The notes under the pieces are model-generated. The model was not told the origin of the DNA and did not search any database. It saw only the letters and a list, made by a program, of their open reading frames with translations. Below are positions 8,720-18,103 of a stretch of 29,968 bases of DNA, piece by piece; position 1 is the stretch's first letter; every line of letters starts with the position of its first letter. Source of the stretch: Gemmatimonadota bacterium (lineage in GTDB: Bacteria; Gemmatimonadota; Gemmatimonadetes; Longimicrobiales; RSA9); contig JBBDRO010000067.1 of assembly GCA_040905425.1 (NCBI GenBank), positions 51,760-81,727 of the forward strand. The letters run 5' to 3'. Made by a program: the position numbers and the translations under genes.

Positions 8720-10330
8720 TCACGAACCGCTGCCGGCTCCCCAGCCAGGTGCCCCGGCGCTGGACCCGCCGGGCACGAGTGCGGGCGTGGAGGCGGGCGG
8801 GCGACGATGCAGGGTGGCCTGCTCGTAGGCGTAGGCGTAGCCCAGCAGTGCGGCGTCCGACCATGGCGCTCCCACGAAATGCAGGCCGGCCGGGAGACTG
8901 CCGCGCGCGAACCCCATGGGCACCGTGATGGCGGGCAGACCCAGCGGCACGGCCAGAAAGTGACTCGCGTTGCCCGTCCGTTCCGCCGCGTCCGCCACGA
9001 GGGGCGGTGGATGCCGCCAGGTGGGATTGACCAGCACATCCAGGTCCCGCTCTGCCATGCGCGCCTCGAAGCTGGTGCGGAGGCGCCCGAGGCGCGCATG
9101 GGCGGCCCGGCAGGCCCCGTCCTCCTCCGGGACCGCCCCGCGCTCCAGCGCCGCCAGCCGCGCCTTCATCGGGCCGTCCAGCCGGCCGCGCGCCAGCAGA
9201 TCCGCAAAACTCGCGAAGGGCGCGTACGCGCCGAGATCCCCAAAGTAGGCATCCACATCCCGCTGGAAGCGCTCACAGGCCAGGGGGCCTTCGTGCATGC
9301 CGGGGATGGTGACGGAATCCACGATCACGGCACCGGCACGCCGCAGGTCGATGAGCGCCAGCTCAAACAGCACCAGGACGTCGGGATCCGTGTCCCGGGG
9401 CGCGGCCAGAGAGCGCAGTACGCCCACACGAACGCCGGCGAGCGCCCCCGCATGGAGGCCCTCCACCGCCCCCTTCACGCTGTATCGGCCGGTCTCCGCC
9501 GTGGACGGATCGTCCGGGTCGGGCCCGGCCATCACCTCGAGCATGAGCGCCGCGTCCCGCACCGTGCGGGTGAGCGGGCCCACCGTGTCGCGGTCGCGGT
9601 ACAGCGGGAAGACGCCCTGGCGGCTGACCAGCCCGAAGGAGGGACGCAGGCCCACCAGGGAGGTCCACGCCGCCGGCCCCCGGATCGAGCTACCCGTGTC
9701 GGTACCCAGGGCCACGGGAGCGTAGCCGGCCGCCACCGCTGCCGCGCTGCCGCCGCTGGAGCCGCCCGGTGTACGGTTGAGCGCGTACGGATTGTAGGTG
9801 CGGCCGGGCATGCTGCTGGAGACCGTTTCGGTGGAACTGAGGGCGAACTCGGCCATGTTCGACCGGGCCAGGATCACGGCACCCGCGGCGTGGAGCCGGG
9901 CCACGACCTCCGCGTCCCGGGTGGGGAGGAACGCCGTCAACGCACCGGAGCCGGCGCTGGTACGCATGCCCGCCACGTCGATGTTGTCCTTCACCACCAC
10001 GGGGATCCCGTGCAGCGGGCCGGTGAGCCCCCGCCGACGAAACAGGGCGTCCAGCGAGTCGGCGCGCGCACGCGCACCACGGTTGACCAGGCTGATCGCA
10101 TGCAGGGTAGGGCCCCGGTCATCGTAGGCATCGATGCGCGCCAGGCAGAGCTCCACGAGGGCACGGGCAGTGAGCTTGCCCGCCAGCATGGCCTGGTGGA
10201 TTCCCTCGATGGATGCCTGGCTGAGGTCGGTGTCCGGCACGCCGGACGCCTGCCCGCTCAGGGGCGACGTGGTGGTGGCCATGAGGGCCGCCAGGCCCGC
10301 CCAGGATAGGCGGCAAGCGTATCGACTCAT
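8720..10330 (-). CDS. Amidase signature family protein (secreted), paralog 1
   Basis: 'GPLHGIPVVVKDN', 'PGGSSGGSAAAV', 'GTDTGSSIRGP' (Ser-cisSer-Lys triad). Start moved to ATG 10330, which gives a signal peptide and removes the overlap with the upstream paralog. Confidence 0.92.
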   Translation of the reverse strand: MSRYACRLSWAGLAALMATTTSPLSGQASGVPDTDLSQASIEGIHQAMLAGKLTARALVELCLARIDAYDDRGPTLHAISLVNRGARARADSLDALFRRRGLTGPLHGIPVVVKDNIDVAGMRTSAGSGALTAFLPTRDAEVVARLHAAGAVILARSNMAEFALSSTETVSSSMPGRTYNPYALNRTPGGSSGGSAAAVAAGYAPVALGTDTGSSIRGPAAWTSLVGLRPSFGLVSRQGVFPLYRDRDTVGPLTRTVRDAALMLEVMAGPDPDDPSTAETGRYSVKGAVEGLHAGALAGVRVGVLRSLAAPRDTDPDVLVLFELALIDLRRAGAVIVDSVTIPGMHEGPLACERFQRDVDAYFGDLGAYAPFASFADLLARGRLDGPMKARLAALERGAVPEEDGACRAAHARLGRLRTSFEARMAERDLDVLVNPTWRHPPPLVADAAERTGNASHFLAVPLGLPAITVPMGFARGSLPAGLHFVGAPWSDAALLGYAYAYEQATLHRRPPASTPALVPGGSSAGAPGWGAGSGS

Positions 10331-10371
10331 GCCACGCTGACGCGCGATCGGCCGGAACTGTTGGAGCGGGC

Positions 10372-11943
10372 TCAGCCGCCCCCGTCCAGGGGAGGCGCCA
10401 CGATCGGCGGGCGGCGGTGGCGGGTGGCCTGCTCGTAGGCGTAGGCCAGGGCAATCAGGCGCGGCTCCGACCAGGCGTCCCCCAGGAGCTGCAGGCCCAC
10501 CGGCAGCGTGCCGGCGCGCACCCACCCGGCGGGCACGGTGATGGCTGGGAAGCCGGCGGGCGGGGCCAGGTTCTGACTGTTGTCCCCGGCCGGCGAGGAG
10601 ACGTCACCGATGAGCCGGGGCGGGTTGCTCCACGTGGGGTAGGCCAGCGCGTCCAGCCGGTGGTCCGCGAACACCTCCCGCAGACCGGCCTGGAACGCCG
10701 CCACGCTGGCCGCGGTGGCCGCGCAGCGCTCGGGCGCGCCGGCGTCCCCGTCATCCATGAAGCCGCGCAGACGGCGATCGATGCTCCAGTGGTGGCGGCC
10801 CTGCTCCACCACCTCCTCCAGCGTTCGCACCGGAGCCTCGGAGCCGAGGGTGGCCAGGTAGGCCTCCAGATCCCGTCGGAAGCTTGAGCAGAGCCTCACG
10901 CGCACGCTGTCCAGGACCGGCAGCTCCACCGGGTCCACCAGCTCGGCGCCAGCCGCGCGCAGTTCGTCCAGCACCGCGTCGAAGCGCGCCACCACCTCGG
11001 GATCCGCGCCCCGGCGCTCGGCCAGCCGCCGCACCACCCCGATGCGCGCGCCACGCAGGGCGTTCCGATCCAGGAAGGCCGTGTAGCTCTCCGGAATGCG
11101 CCCGGCCGCCGCGGCCGTGGCCGGGTCGGCCGGGTCCACCGCCGCCAGCACGTCCAGCAGCCGGGCCGCATCGGCCACGGTGCGCGCCATGGGCCCGCCC
11201 ACGTCGCGCTCGAGATAGAGCGGCACGATACCGTCCCGGCTGGTCAGCCCCAGCGTGGGACGGATGCCCACCAGGGCGGTATGCGCCGACGGTCCCCGAA
11301 TGGAATTGCCCGTGTCCGTGCCCAGCCCCGCAACGCCCAGATTGGCCGCCACGGCCGCGGCCGTACCGCCGCTCGAGCCGGCCGGCACACGGTTCAACGC
11401 ATAGGGATTGAAGGTGTACCCGGGATGGGCCGATCCCACGGTTTCCACGGGGCTGAAGGCAAACTCCGCCATGGCCGACTTGGCCAGCACGATGGCGCCC
11501 GCCTGGCGCAGCAGCCGCACCATGGTGGCATCATCCGGGGGAATGGAGCCGGCCAGGACGCGCGAGCCCGCCGTGGTGGGCAGGTCGTGGGTGTCGTAGT
11601 TGTCCTTGACGATGAGCGGGATGCCGTGCAGCGGCCCCACGAAGCTCCCCGTGCGCGCGAAGACCGCGTCGAGCGAATCAGCGCGCGCCAGCGCCGCGGG
11701 ATTCAGGGAGGTCAGCGCGTTCAGGTACGGCCCCGCACGATCGTACGCCTCGATGCGCGCCTGGTAGCTCTCCACGAGCGCGCGCGCCGTGAGTTCGCCG
11801 CTCCGGAACGCGGCATGGATCTCGGCGATGGTGGCTTCCACCACGTCGAAGCCGCCCCGAGCGGGCTGCGCCGCGACGGCGCGGGGCAGCAGCGGGGCGG
11901 CGCCGAGCGCCAGGACGCTCAGGCCGCGAAACAGCGCATGCAT
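10372..11943 (-). CDS. Amidase signature family protein (secreted), paralog 2
   Basis: 'GPLHGIPLIVKDN', 'PAGSSGGTAAAV', 'GTDTGNSIRGP'. Start at ATG 11943 with GGAG RBS and signal peptide. Confidence 0.93.
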   Translation of the reverse strand: MHALFRGLSVLALGAAPLLPRAVAAQPARGGFDVVEATIAEIHAAFRSGELTARALVESYQARIEAYDRAGPYLNALTSLNPAALARADSLDAVFARTGSFVGPLHGIPLIVKDNYDTHDLPTTAGSRVLAGSIPPDDATMVRLLRQAGAIVLAKSAMAEFAFSPVETVGSAHPGYTFNPYALNRVPAGSSGGTAAAVAANLGVAGLGTDTGNSIRGPSAHTALVGIRPTLGLTSRDGIVPLYLERDVGGPMARTVADAARLLDVLAAVDPADPATAAAAGRIPESYTAFLDRNALRGARIGVVRRLAERRGADPEVVARFDAVLDELRAAGAELVDPVELPVLDSVRVRLCSSFRRDLEAYLATLGSEAPVRTLEEVVEQGRHHWSIDRRLRGFMDDGDAGAPERCAATAASVAAFQAGLREVFADHRLDALAYPTWSNPPRLIGDVSSPAGDNSQNLAPPAGFPAITVPAGWVRAGTLPVGLQLLGDAWSEPRLIALAYAYEQATRHRRPPIVAPPLDGGG

Positions 11944-11995
11944 GGTGTCACTCCGATCGAAGGACGAAGGCAACCCAGGGTTATTGGTTCGCGGC

Positions 11996-12271
11996 TCACC
12001 CGGGGCGGCGCAGCGCACCCACCCCCATGCCCGCCAGCCCACCCACGAGCAGGGACCAGTAGACCGCCACCTCCCGCGCTCCCTCGGTCCACAGCACGGG
12101 GGGTAAAACGCTGGCCACCACCATGAGCAGCACGGCCCCACACCAGCCCACGATGCCGCCCCAGAACATGCGCCGGGCCGTGAGGCTCTGGCGGCGCAGG
12201 TGGTGCCCCAGCCGGAGCAGCACGCCCGGCACCACGAACATGCCGAGCAAGAGCGCGATAACGTGGCTCAT
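11996..12271 (-). CDS. Small hypothetical membrane protein (about 3 TM helices)
   Basis: Three hydrophobic segments. The start overlaps the stop of the PepSY-TM gene (ATGA), indicating translational coupling. Confidence 0.75.
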   Translation of the reverse strand: MSHVIALLLGMFVVPGVLLRLGHHLRRQSLTARRMFWGGIVGWCGAVLLMVVASVLPPVLWTEGAREVAVYWSLLVGGLAGMGVGALRRPG

Positions 12272-12840
12272 ACCCGGCTCCGGGGATAGAGCCAGATCCA
12301 GAATCCGCTCAGCACCAGCAGGGTGAGCCCCACCGCGGCCAGGTCGCTCAGCAGGATGCCCTGCGCGCCGAAGATCTCACCGGAGTGGAGCTTCTCCATG
12401 AACACATCGTTGCGCAGCCCCACGTGGAGGACCTCCCCCGTGGCCAGCACTACCGTAGCCTCGTGGACCTCACGGTCGTTGAAGCGGACCTTGACGATGC
12501 CATCGTCCGGCCGGACATCCATGCGGTCCACGCCCGCCTCCCCGGCGGCACCCACGGCAGCGGTGGCATGGCGCGCCAGCTCGGCCAGCGGCAGGGCGTC
12601 CTCGAAGGCGGCCGCCGGCGTGTGCTGCACCTCCGGCATGAGGCCCAAGCCGCGCTTGTGATTGAGCGCGATCCCGGTGACGGAGACCACCAGGATGAGG
12701 ACGGTGATGACCACACCCGCCCACAGGTGGATGTGGAACGTCCAGCGGGAAAAATTGCGAATGCCGTCACTGCGCGGGCGGTGGCGGCGGTGGCGCTTCG
12801 TGCGGGCTGCGGACCGTGCGGCCTCGGTACTCTCCGTCAT
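12268..12840 (-). CDS. PepSY-associated TM helix domain protein
   Basis: 'HIHLWAG...VSVTGIALNH', short PepSY-like loop ('VVLATGEVL'), 'EKLHSGE...LSGFWIW'. Start ambiguous (ATG 12840 or GTG 12861). Confidence 0.85.
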   Translation of the reverse strand: MTESTEAARSAARTKRHRRHRPRSDGIRNFSRWTFHIHLWAGVVITVLILVVSVTGIALNHKRGLGLMPEVQHTPAAAFEDALPLAELARHATAAVGAAGEAGVDRMDVRPDDGIVKVRFNDREVHEATVVLATGEVLHVGLRNDVFMEKLHSGEIFGAQGILLSDLAAVGLTLLVLSGFWIWLYPRSRV

Positions 12841-12912
12841 GGAACTCCGGATGAAAGACACTGCAGGCAGACGCGCCGGGAGCGGCCGGTGTTGGTGACG
12901 CGTCTCTCTCCC

Positions 12913-13383
12913 TCAGATCACGCGCAGGTCGGGACGCCGCTTGCCCACGGGGTCCTCACGGGACGCGGCCGGGTCCAGCAGCAGCACGATCTCGGAGCGC
13001 CGCCGCGGCATGAGGTTGCCTGCCAGGATCTCGTTCGGCACCTGCTCTCCGCTCGGTTCGGGATGAAAGGCATGGGAGTGGTAGCGGGCCGCCGCCCCCA
13101 CCAGTTCCGTGCCGTCCGCGTCGCGCAGGAAGATCACGCTGGCCACGTCCTCGGGATCCATGAGCACGCCGCGCTCATGGTAGGCGTGGCGGGCACAGGC
13201 GGGCAGGAAGAGGTCCACCTCGAGCTGGTCGATGACCTCGTCGTAGGCGGGCTCCAGCATGGGATGCTCGTTACCGGCGGCCTGCTTGAAGCCGAAGCGG
13301 CGCCAGATCAACTCGGCCACCGCGTGGAAGGCGTCATACAACTCCGTGACCTCGAGCGGATCCAGAGCCCGTTGCTCACTCAT
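12913..13383 (-). CDS. Hypothetical cytoplasmic protein
   Basis: GC3-rich codon pattern and protein-like composition. Fills the gap at the head of the minus-strand gene run. No family recognised. Confidence 0.7.
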   Translation of the reverse strand: MSEQRALDPLEVTELYDAFHAVAELIWRRFGFKQAAGNEHPMLEPAYDEVIDQLEVDLFLPACARHAYHERGVLMDPEDVASVIFLRDADGTELVGAAARYHSHAFHPEPSGEQVPNEILAGNLMPRRRSEIVLLLDPAASREDPVGKRRPDLRVI

Positions 13384-13460
13384 CGCAGCACTCGTTGGGG
13401 GGAGGGACGGAAACGCTTCCAAGCTAGCAGGGGCCACGCATGCGCGGCTATAGTCCGCAC

Positions 13461-14306
13461 ATGAATCATGCGCCTCTCGTCATTGCCCACCGCGGCGCCT
13501 CGGCGTACGCGCCGGAGCATACCTTCGCCGCCTGGGACCTGGCGCTGGCCATGGGTGCCGACTACCTGGAGCCGGACCTGCAGATGACGGCGGACGGGGT
13601 GCTGGTGGTGCTGCACGACGCCACCCTCGAACGCACCGTCCGCGGACCGGCCGGCGCCTGCACCGGCCCGGTCATCGAACGCACGCTGGCCGAGCTGGCC
13701 GGGTGCAACGCCGGCAGCTGGTTCAACGAGGCCTTTCCCGATCGAGCCCGCCCGGCCTTCGCGGCGGAACCCGTGCCAACGCTGGAGGCGGTCCTTGCGC
13801 GCTACGCCGGCCGCACGCGCTTCTACGTGGAGACCAAGCACCCCGAGGAGGCGCCCGGCATGGAGGAGGCGCTGCTGGCGCTGCTGGATCGGTTCGACCT
13901 GCGCCGGCGGGCGGGACGCGACTGGTCGGTGGTGATCCAGTCCTTCAGCGCGGCCAGCCTGGCAAAGCTGCACGCCGCGGATCCCACCCTGCCGCTGGTG
14001 CAGCTCACGGAGCACGGCCGCGCGGATCCGGCTGCCGTGGCGGACTACGCCATCGGTATCGGCCCCTATCATGCCGACGTCACCGGAGAGCTCGTCGCAG
14101 CCGCGCAACGACGCTGTCTGGAGGTCCATGCGTACACCGTGGACGAGCCGGCGCGGATGGCCGAGCTGATCGAGCGCGGTGTCAGCGGCCTCTTCACCAA
14201 TCGGCCCGACGCGCTCGTGACGCTGCTCGGCCAGCGCGGCACGGCGCGCGGCGGCGCCCCGGAACGGGCGGCGCGCGCGTGGCGAGCCTGCCGGGCGGGT
14301 AGCTGA
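13461..14306 (+). CDS. Glycerophosphodiester phosphodiesterase (GDPD family)
   Basis: 'IAHRGASAYAPEHT', 'YLEPDLQMTADGVLVVLHD', 'YVETK', 'IQSF', 'AYTVD', 'LFTNRPD'. Confidence 0.95.
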   Translation: MNHAPLVIAHRGASAYAPEHTFAAWDLALAMGADYLEPDLQMTADGVLVVLHDATLERTVRGPAGACTGPVIERTLAELAGCNAGSWFNEAFPDRARPAFAAEPVPTLEAVLARYAGRTRFYVETKHPEEAPGMEEALLALLDRFDLRRRAGRDWSVVIQSFSAASLAKLHAADPTLPLVQLTEHGRADPAAVADYAIGIGPYHADVTGELVAAAQRRCLEVHAYTVDEPARMAELIERGVSGLFTNRPDALVTLLGQRGTARGGAPERAARAWRACRAGS

Positions 14307-14364
14307 GGCCGAGCGGCGACCCGCGGTCCGTGGAGGCGCCGGCGAGCGCCGCCGCGCCGCGCCG

Positions 14365-15165
14365 CTACCGGCCGCCCGACGCGGCCCGCAACCGCAGCCA
14401 GATGGCGCTGACGCTGCCCTGATCCAGATCCTGCAGCGCGTGCACCGGCATGGCCGGGCCAAGCGCGGAGCCGTCGGGCCGACGTCCGGTCCGGAGCGCA
14501 TTCAGGAAATCCTCCTCCGTCCAGGCCCCGAGGTTCCCGCCCGGCCCCAGATCCGGCCCCACGATGCTGTCCGTGATGCGCGCGCCGCGCAGGTCCTGCC
14601 CGTGGCAGGGCACACAGCCCACGTCCGCCAGGAAGGCGCCGTAGCCGGCGGAACCCGGCTCGGGCATGGCCTCCTGGTTCACGAACCGCGCCAGCACGTC
14701 CGTTGCCAGCAGGCCGTGGGGGGAGGCGGCGTGCAACGCCCGGCCTATGGGGCCGAGCCTGCCCGCGGGCAGCTCCCGCTGCACCGGCTTCAGCATGCCC
14801 AGCCGGGAGGTCAGCATGGCCACGTCGGCGCGGTCATGGTCCGCGAACTGAGCGGCCGGCATCAGGATGAGCCGACGCCCGTCGCGGCCCACGCCATCGT
14901 GGATGGCCGCATACCAGTCGTCGCGCGAATAGACACCGGCGGCCCCCCCGCGCGTCAGGTTGGGCGCCACGATGCGGCCGATCACCATGTCGTTGACGAG
15001 CACACGGCCGCCGAAGTCGGCGCCGTGGCAGTCCGCGCACGCCGGCGCATGGCTCTGCCGGGCGAGTGCGTCCTGGCCTTCAACTGCGGGAACGAGCCGG
15101 ACCAGCCCCAGGCAGACCAGGACGGCCGCCAGGAATACGCCGAGTCGGAGCGTTAGGTTGGGCAT
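14365..15165 (-). CDS. Di-heme cytochrome c (two tandem His/Met monoheme domains)
   Basis: CADCH and CVPCH, each followed by APNLT/GPDL, 'G.(G)R(P)DG..L..MP' and a Met ligand. N-terminal signal or anchor. AAGGAGG RBS before ATG 15165. Confidence 0.88.
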   Translation of the reverse strand: MPNLTLRLGVFLAAVLVCLGLVRLVPAVEGQDALARQSHAPACADCHGADFGGRVLVNDMVIGRIVAPNLTRGGAAGVYSRDDWYAAIHDGVGRDGRRLILMPAAQFADHDRADVAMLTSRLGMLKPVQRELPAGRLGPIGRALHAASPHGLLATDVLARFVNQEAMPEPGSAGYGAFLADVGCVPCHGQDLRGARITDSIVGPDLGPGGNLGAWTEEDFLNALRTGRRPDGSALGPAMPVHALQDLDQGSVSAIWLRLRAASGGR

Positions 15166-15319
15166 GGGACTCCCTCCTTTGGGTACAGCTACGCGGGAGG
15201 GATACCTGAAAAATGCCACGCGCCGGCGCCGGGAGCAAGGAAAATCGCCGGGCGCGTGAGGAAGGGATCGGGAGCGGCCGCGGCGAACGTCGCCTACCAC
15301 CGCCGCTCCCGACGGACCG

Positions 15320-16876
15320 CTACTTCAGCAGCACCGAACGCACGCTGGCCGGACCGGCGATGCGGTAGAGCGGGAGGATGGCCGGACGGCGCTGCTCGAC
15401 GCCCTCCTCGAACGGGCCGGGCAGGAAGTGATCCAGCCAGTTCCAGCGCAGCACACTGTCCTCCGTGTCGGCCTCCATCATCTGGCCGATCAGCCGGCTG
15501 GCGTTCTGCCGCGTGCGCACCAGGTACGTGCCCGCGGGTAGCGTGACCGTGGCCGGCTCCAGCGCCATGTCCGCGCTCACCAGGTTGTGCCCCTGGTAGG
15601 GCTCCGGCTCCCACGCCAGGCGGGTCAGGCGGTACTGCTCCACCGGTAGCTCCACCTCCGCCGTGAGCTGCTCCACGTCGATGGCGTGGCGGCGCAGGTG
15701 GTCGGCCAGGCGGTCCAGGCTGCCGTTGAAGGCGTACGCCCAGGGGCGCGCACGGGTCTCCGTGGGCACGTACAGGGTACGGTTCCAGCCCTGCACCAGC
15801 TCCGGTTCCCCCCGCTCGCCGCCCTCGCCACGCGGGATCACCCAGAAGCTCTCCCGCTCCGGGTACGCCTGCTCCTCCAGCTCGATGGCGATCGGTCCGG
15901 CCCCCGCCAGCGCCTCGGCGCGGGCCGTCAGGACCACGTCCCGCACCCGCTCGGGGTTGTCGGCGGCGTAGCGGAGGAGCCCCTCCAGGGACTCGCGCGC
16001 GTTGTCCGCCTGATCACCGAGCGACCAGCCGCCCGGAATCTCGAAGAGCAGCGTCACCATGTTCTGCAGCCCGCCGTAGACGTGCTGCTTGCGCGCCCAG
16101 ATGGGCGTGGTGGTCCACGACCAGTCGCCGGTCGCCTGATCCAGGCGCGGGCCCGAGTACCAGTAGGCCTTCATGCCCTGCGTCTCCAGATGGCCGTTCA
16201 CCCCCCGGAAGAGCGGGCCCAGCGCGAAGGCGCGCAGCTGCTCGCTGGCGTCCGGATGCAGTGTGGGCTGATAGGTCATGTTGTAGGGGTAGGCGCCGCC
16301 ATTGTGCACGTCCACGTAGATATCGGGCCACCACTCGGTGAGGACACCCTCGACGATGCCCGTGATCTCGGGCGTCTCCATGACCATGAAGTCCCGGTTC
16401 ATGTCATAGCCCAGCGTGTTGGTGCGGCTCGGCCGTTCGGCGCCGTCCGGGTTCAGCGTGGGCACGATGAGCACGTTGACGCGCTCCAGCAGCGGCCGCA
16501 GGTCACCCACCGCTAGCTCGCGGATGAGCTGCAGGGATCCCTCCCGCCCCGCGCGCTCGTTGCCGTGCACGTTGCCGGTGATGAAAACCGTGGGTTTGCC
16601 CGACAGCCAAGCGGTCCCCGGATTGCCGGGCGCCGGGTTGCCCAGCAGGACCAGCGGCAGGACGCGCCCCTCGTTGGTGCGCGTCAGCTCCACGAGCTGC
16701 ATGTGGGGGCTGCGCGCCTGGACCTCTGCCAGGAACGCCATCAGCTCGGCGTGCGTGGTGGCCCGCTCGAAGTTGACGGCTTCAGCGCCGGTGGCGGGCT
16801 GCTGGGCCGCCACCGGCATGCCGATCAGCGCCACCAGGACCGCGGCCGCGAACGCGCGTGTGATGCTCCGGAACAT
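15320..16876 (-). CDS. Secreted M14 family zinc carboxypeptidase
   Basis: 'VHGNERAG' (HxxE), 'NPDG', 'DMNRD', 'YVDVH', 'LLFE'. Signal peptide. AAGGAG RBS before ATG 16876. Confidence 0.92.
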   Translation of the reverse strand: MFRSITRAFAAAVLVALIGMPVAAQQPATGAEAVNFERATTHAELMAFLAEVQARSPHMQLVELTRTNEGRVLPLVLLGNPAPGNPGTAWLSGKPTVFITGNVHGNERAGREGSLQLIRELAVGDLRPLLERVNVLIVPTLNPDGAERPSRTNTLGYDMNRDFMVMETPEITGIVEGVLTEWWPDIYVDVHNGGAYPYNMTYQPTLHPDASEQLRAFALGPLFRGVNGHLETQGMKAYWYSGPRLDQATGDWSWTTTPIWARKQHVYGGLQNMVTLLFEIPGGWSLGDQADNARESLEGLLRYAADNPERVRDVVLTARAEALAGAGPIAIELEEQAYPERESFWVIPRGEGGERGEPELVQGWNRTLYVPTETRARPWAYAFNGSLDRLADHLRRHAIDVEQLTAEVELPVEQYRLTRLAWEPEPYQGHNLVSADMALEPATVTLPAGTYLVRTRQNASRLIGQMMEADTEDSVLRWNWLDHFLPGPFEEGVEQRRPAILPLYRIAGPASVRSVLLK

Positions 16877-17128
16877 GGTACTCTCCTTGGCGGATCGGTC
16901 TGGGCAGGGACGCTCCAACGGCACCATTCTAAAGCGACGACGCCCCGCGCGTCACGCGCGTTGGCGCCGGCACTCCGGCCCGGCGCCGGTTTCCCGGCGC
17001 GGCACAGGGCGCCTACGCTGCCGGCGGCGAGCGCCCTCGCCCGCTCGGCCTGCCCCTTGTCCATGCGCCGATTCCGGCATAGTTCTGTGGGCATGAGCCC
17101 TCGTTCCCGCCAGCCCAGTGAGGAACCC

Positions 17129-18025
17129 ATGCGGAACTCGTGGAGCCCACGTTGTGCTTCCTTTCTCCTGCTGGCCACGATGGTTTTCGGCGGCTGCGCG
17201 GAAGCCGATGCACCCGGCACGGACGAGCCGGTGGAGGCCGGCGCCGAGGAGACGGCCGACACGGCGCAGGAGTCTTTGCCGGCCGGTGCCGACGCGGCGC
17301 TGGCGCGTCTGAACGCCTCGCCACGCCATGGCGAATGGGTCACCATCCCCGCCGGCAGTGACAGCATCCGCGCCTGGGTGGTCTACCCGGAACGCTCCGG
17401 TCCGGCGCCCGTGGTCATGGTGGTGCACGAGATCTACGGCCTGACCAACTGGATCCGGGCGGTGGCCGACCAGCTGGCGGCGGACGGCTTCGTGGCCATC
17501 GCGCCCGACCTCCTCACCATGCGGAACATCCCCACCGACTCGGCCGGTGACCCTGACCGCCAGCGCGCCACGTCGGAGATCCGTGAGCTGGAGCGCGCGG
17601 ACGTGAACCGCTGGCTGGGCGCGGTGGCCGACTACGGCACCGGCCTGCCGTCCACCACGGAGCGTTACGGCGTGATCGGCTTCTGTTGGGGCGGTTCCAC
17701 CAGCTTTGAGCTGGCCGTGGCCGATCCGGAGCTGGGCGCGGCCGGCGTCTTCTACGGCAGCTCGCCGGACACGCAGGCGCTGGCCTCCATTCAGGCGCCC
17801 GTGCTCGGGCTCTACGGCGGCGCCGACGACCGGGTGAACAGCTCCATCCCGGACGCCGAGGCGCGCATGAGCGAGTTGGGCAGGTTCTACGAACCCAACA
17901 TCTACGACGGCGCGGGGCACGGCTTCCTGCGCCAGCAGGACGGGCGGGACGGCGCCAACCTGGCAGCCACACGCCAGGCCTGGCCCCGGACCATCCAGTT
18001 CCTGAAGGAGCACCTGGAAGGGTAG
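17129..18025 (+). CDS. Dienelactone hydrolase family protein, probable lipoprotein
   Basis: 'VVHEIYGL', 'GFVAIAPDL', nucleophile 'GFCWGG', 'DDRV', 'GAGHGF'. Lipobox-like FGGC. Confidence 0.93.
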   Translation: MRNSWSPRCASFLLLATMVFGGCAEADAPGTDEPVEAGAEETADTAQESLPAGADAALARLNASPRHGEWVTIPAGSDSIRAWVVYPERSGPAPVVMVVHEIYGLTNWIRAVADQLAADGFVAIAPDLLTMRNIPTDSAGDPDRQRATSEIRELERADVNRWLGAVADYGTGLPSTTERYGVIGFCWGGSTSFELAVADPELGAAGVFYGSSPDTQALASIQAPVLGLYGGADDRVNSSIPDAEARMSELGRFYEPNIYDGAGHGFLRQQDGRDGANLAATRQAWPRTIQFLKEHLEG

Positions 18026-18103
18026 CGCGGGCGGGACCGCCCCCAGAAACCCCCCCGCTGACCGCGCCGCGCGGGACGCGCGGCCACGATGAGGAGGATG
18101 GGT

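Noticed and set aside
8812..10446. 25-bp identical sequence at 8812-8836 and 10422-10446 as att sites
   Set aside because: Encodes the conserved AYAYEQAT motif of the two amidase paralogs.
16565..17128. N-terminal extensions in the ORF track (also 7044, 10525, 12141, 15300, 19062, 21078, 23826, 28402)
   Set aside because: They overlap neighbouring genes or spacers. Downstream starts have an RBS and/or place signal peptides at the N-terminus.
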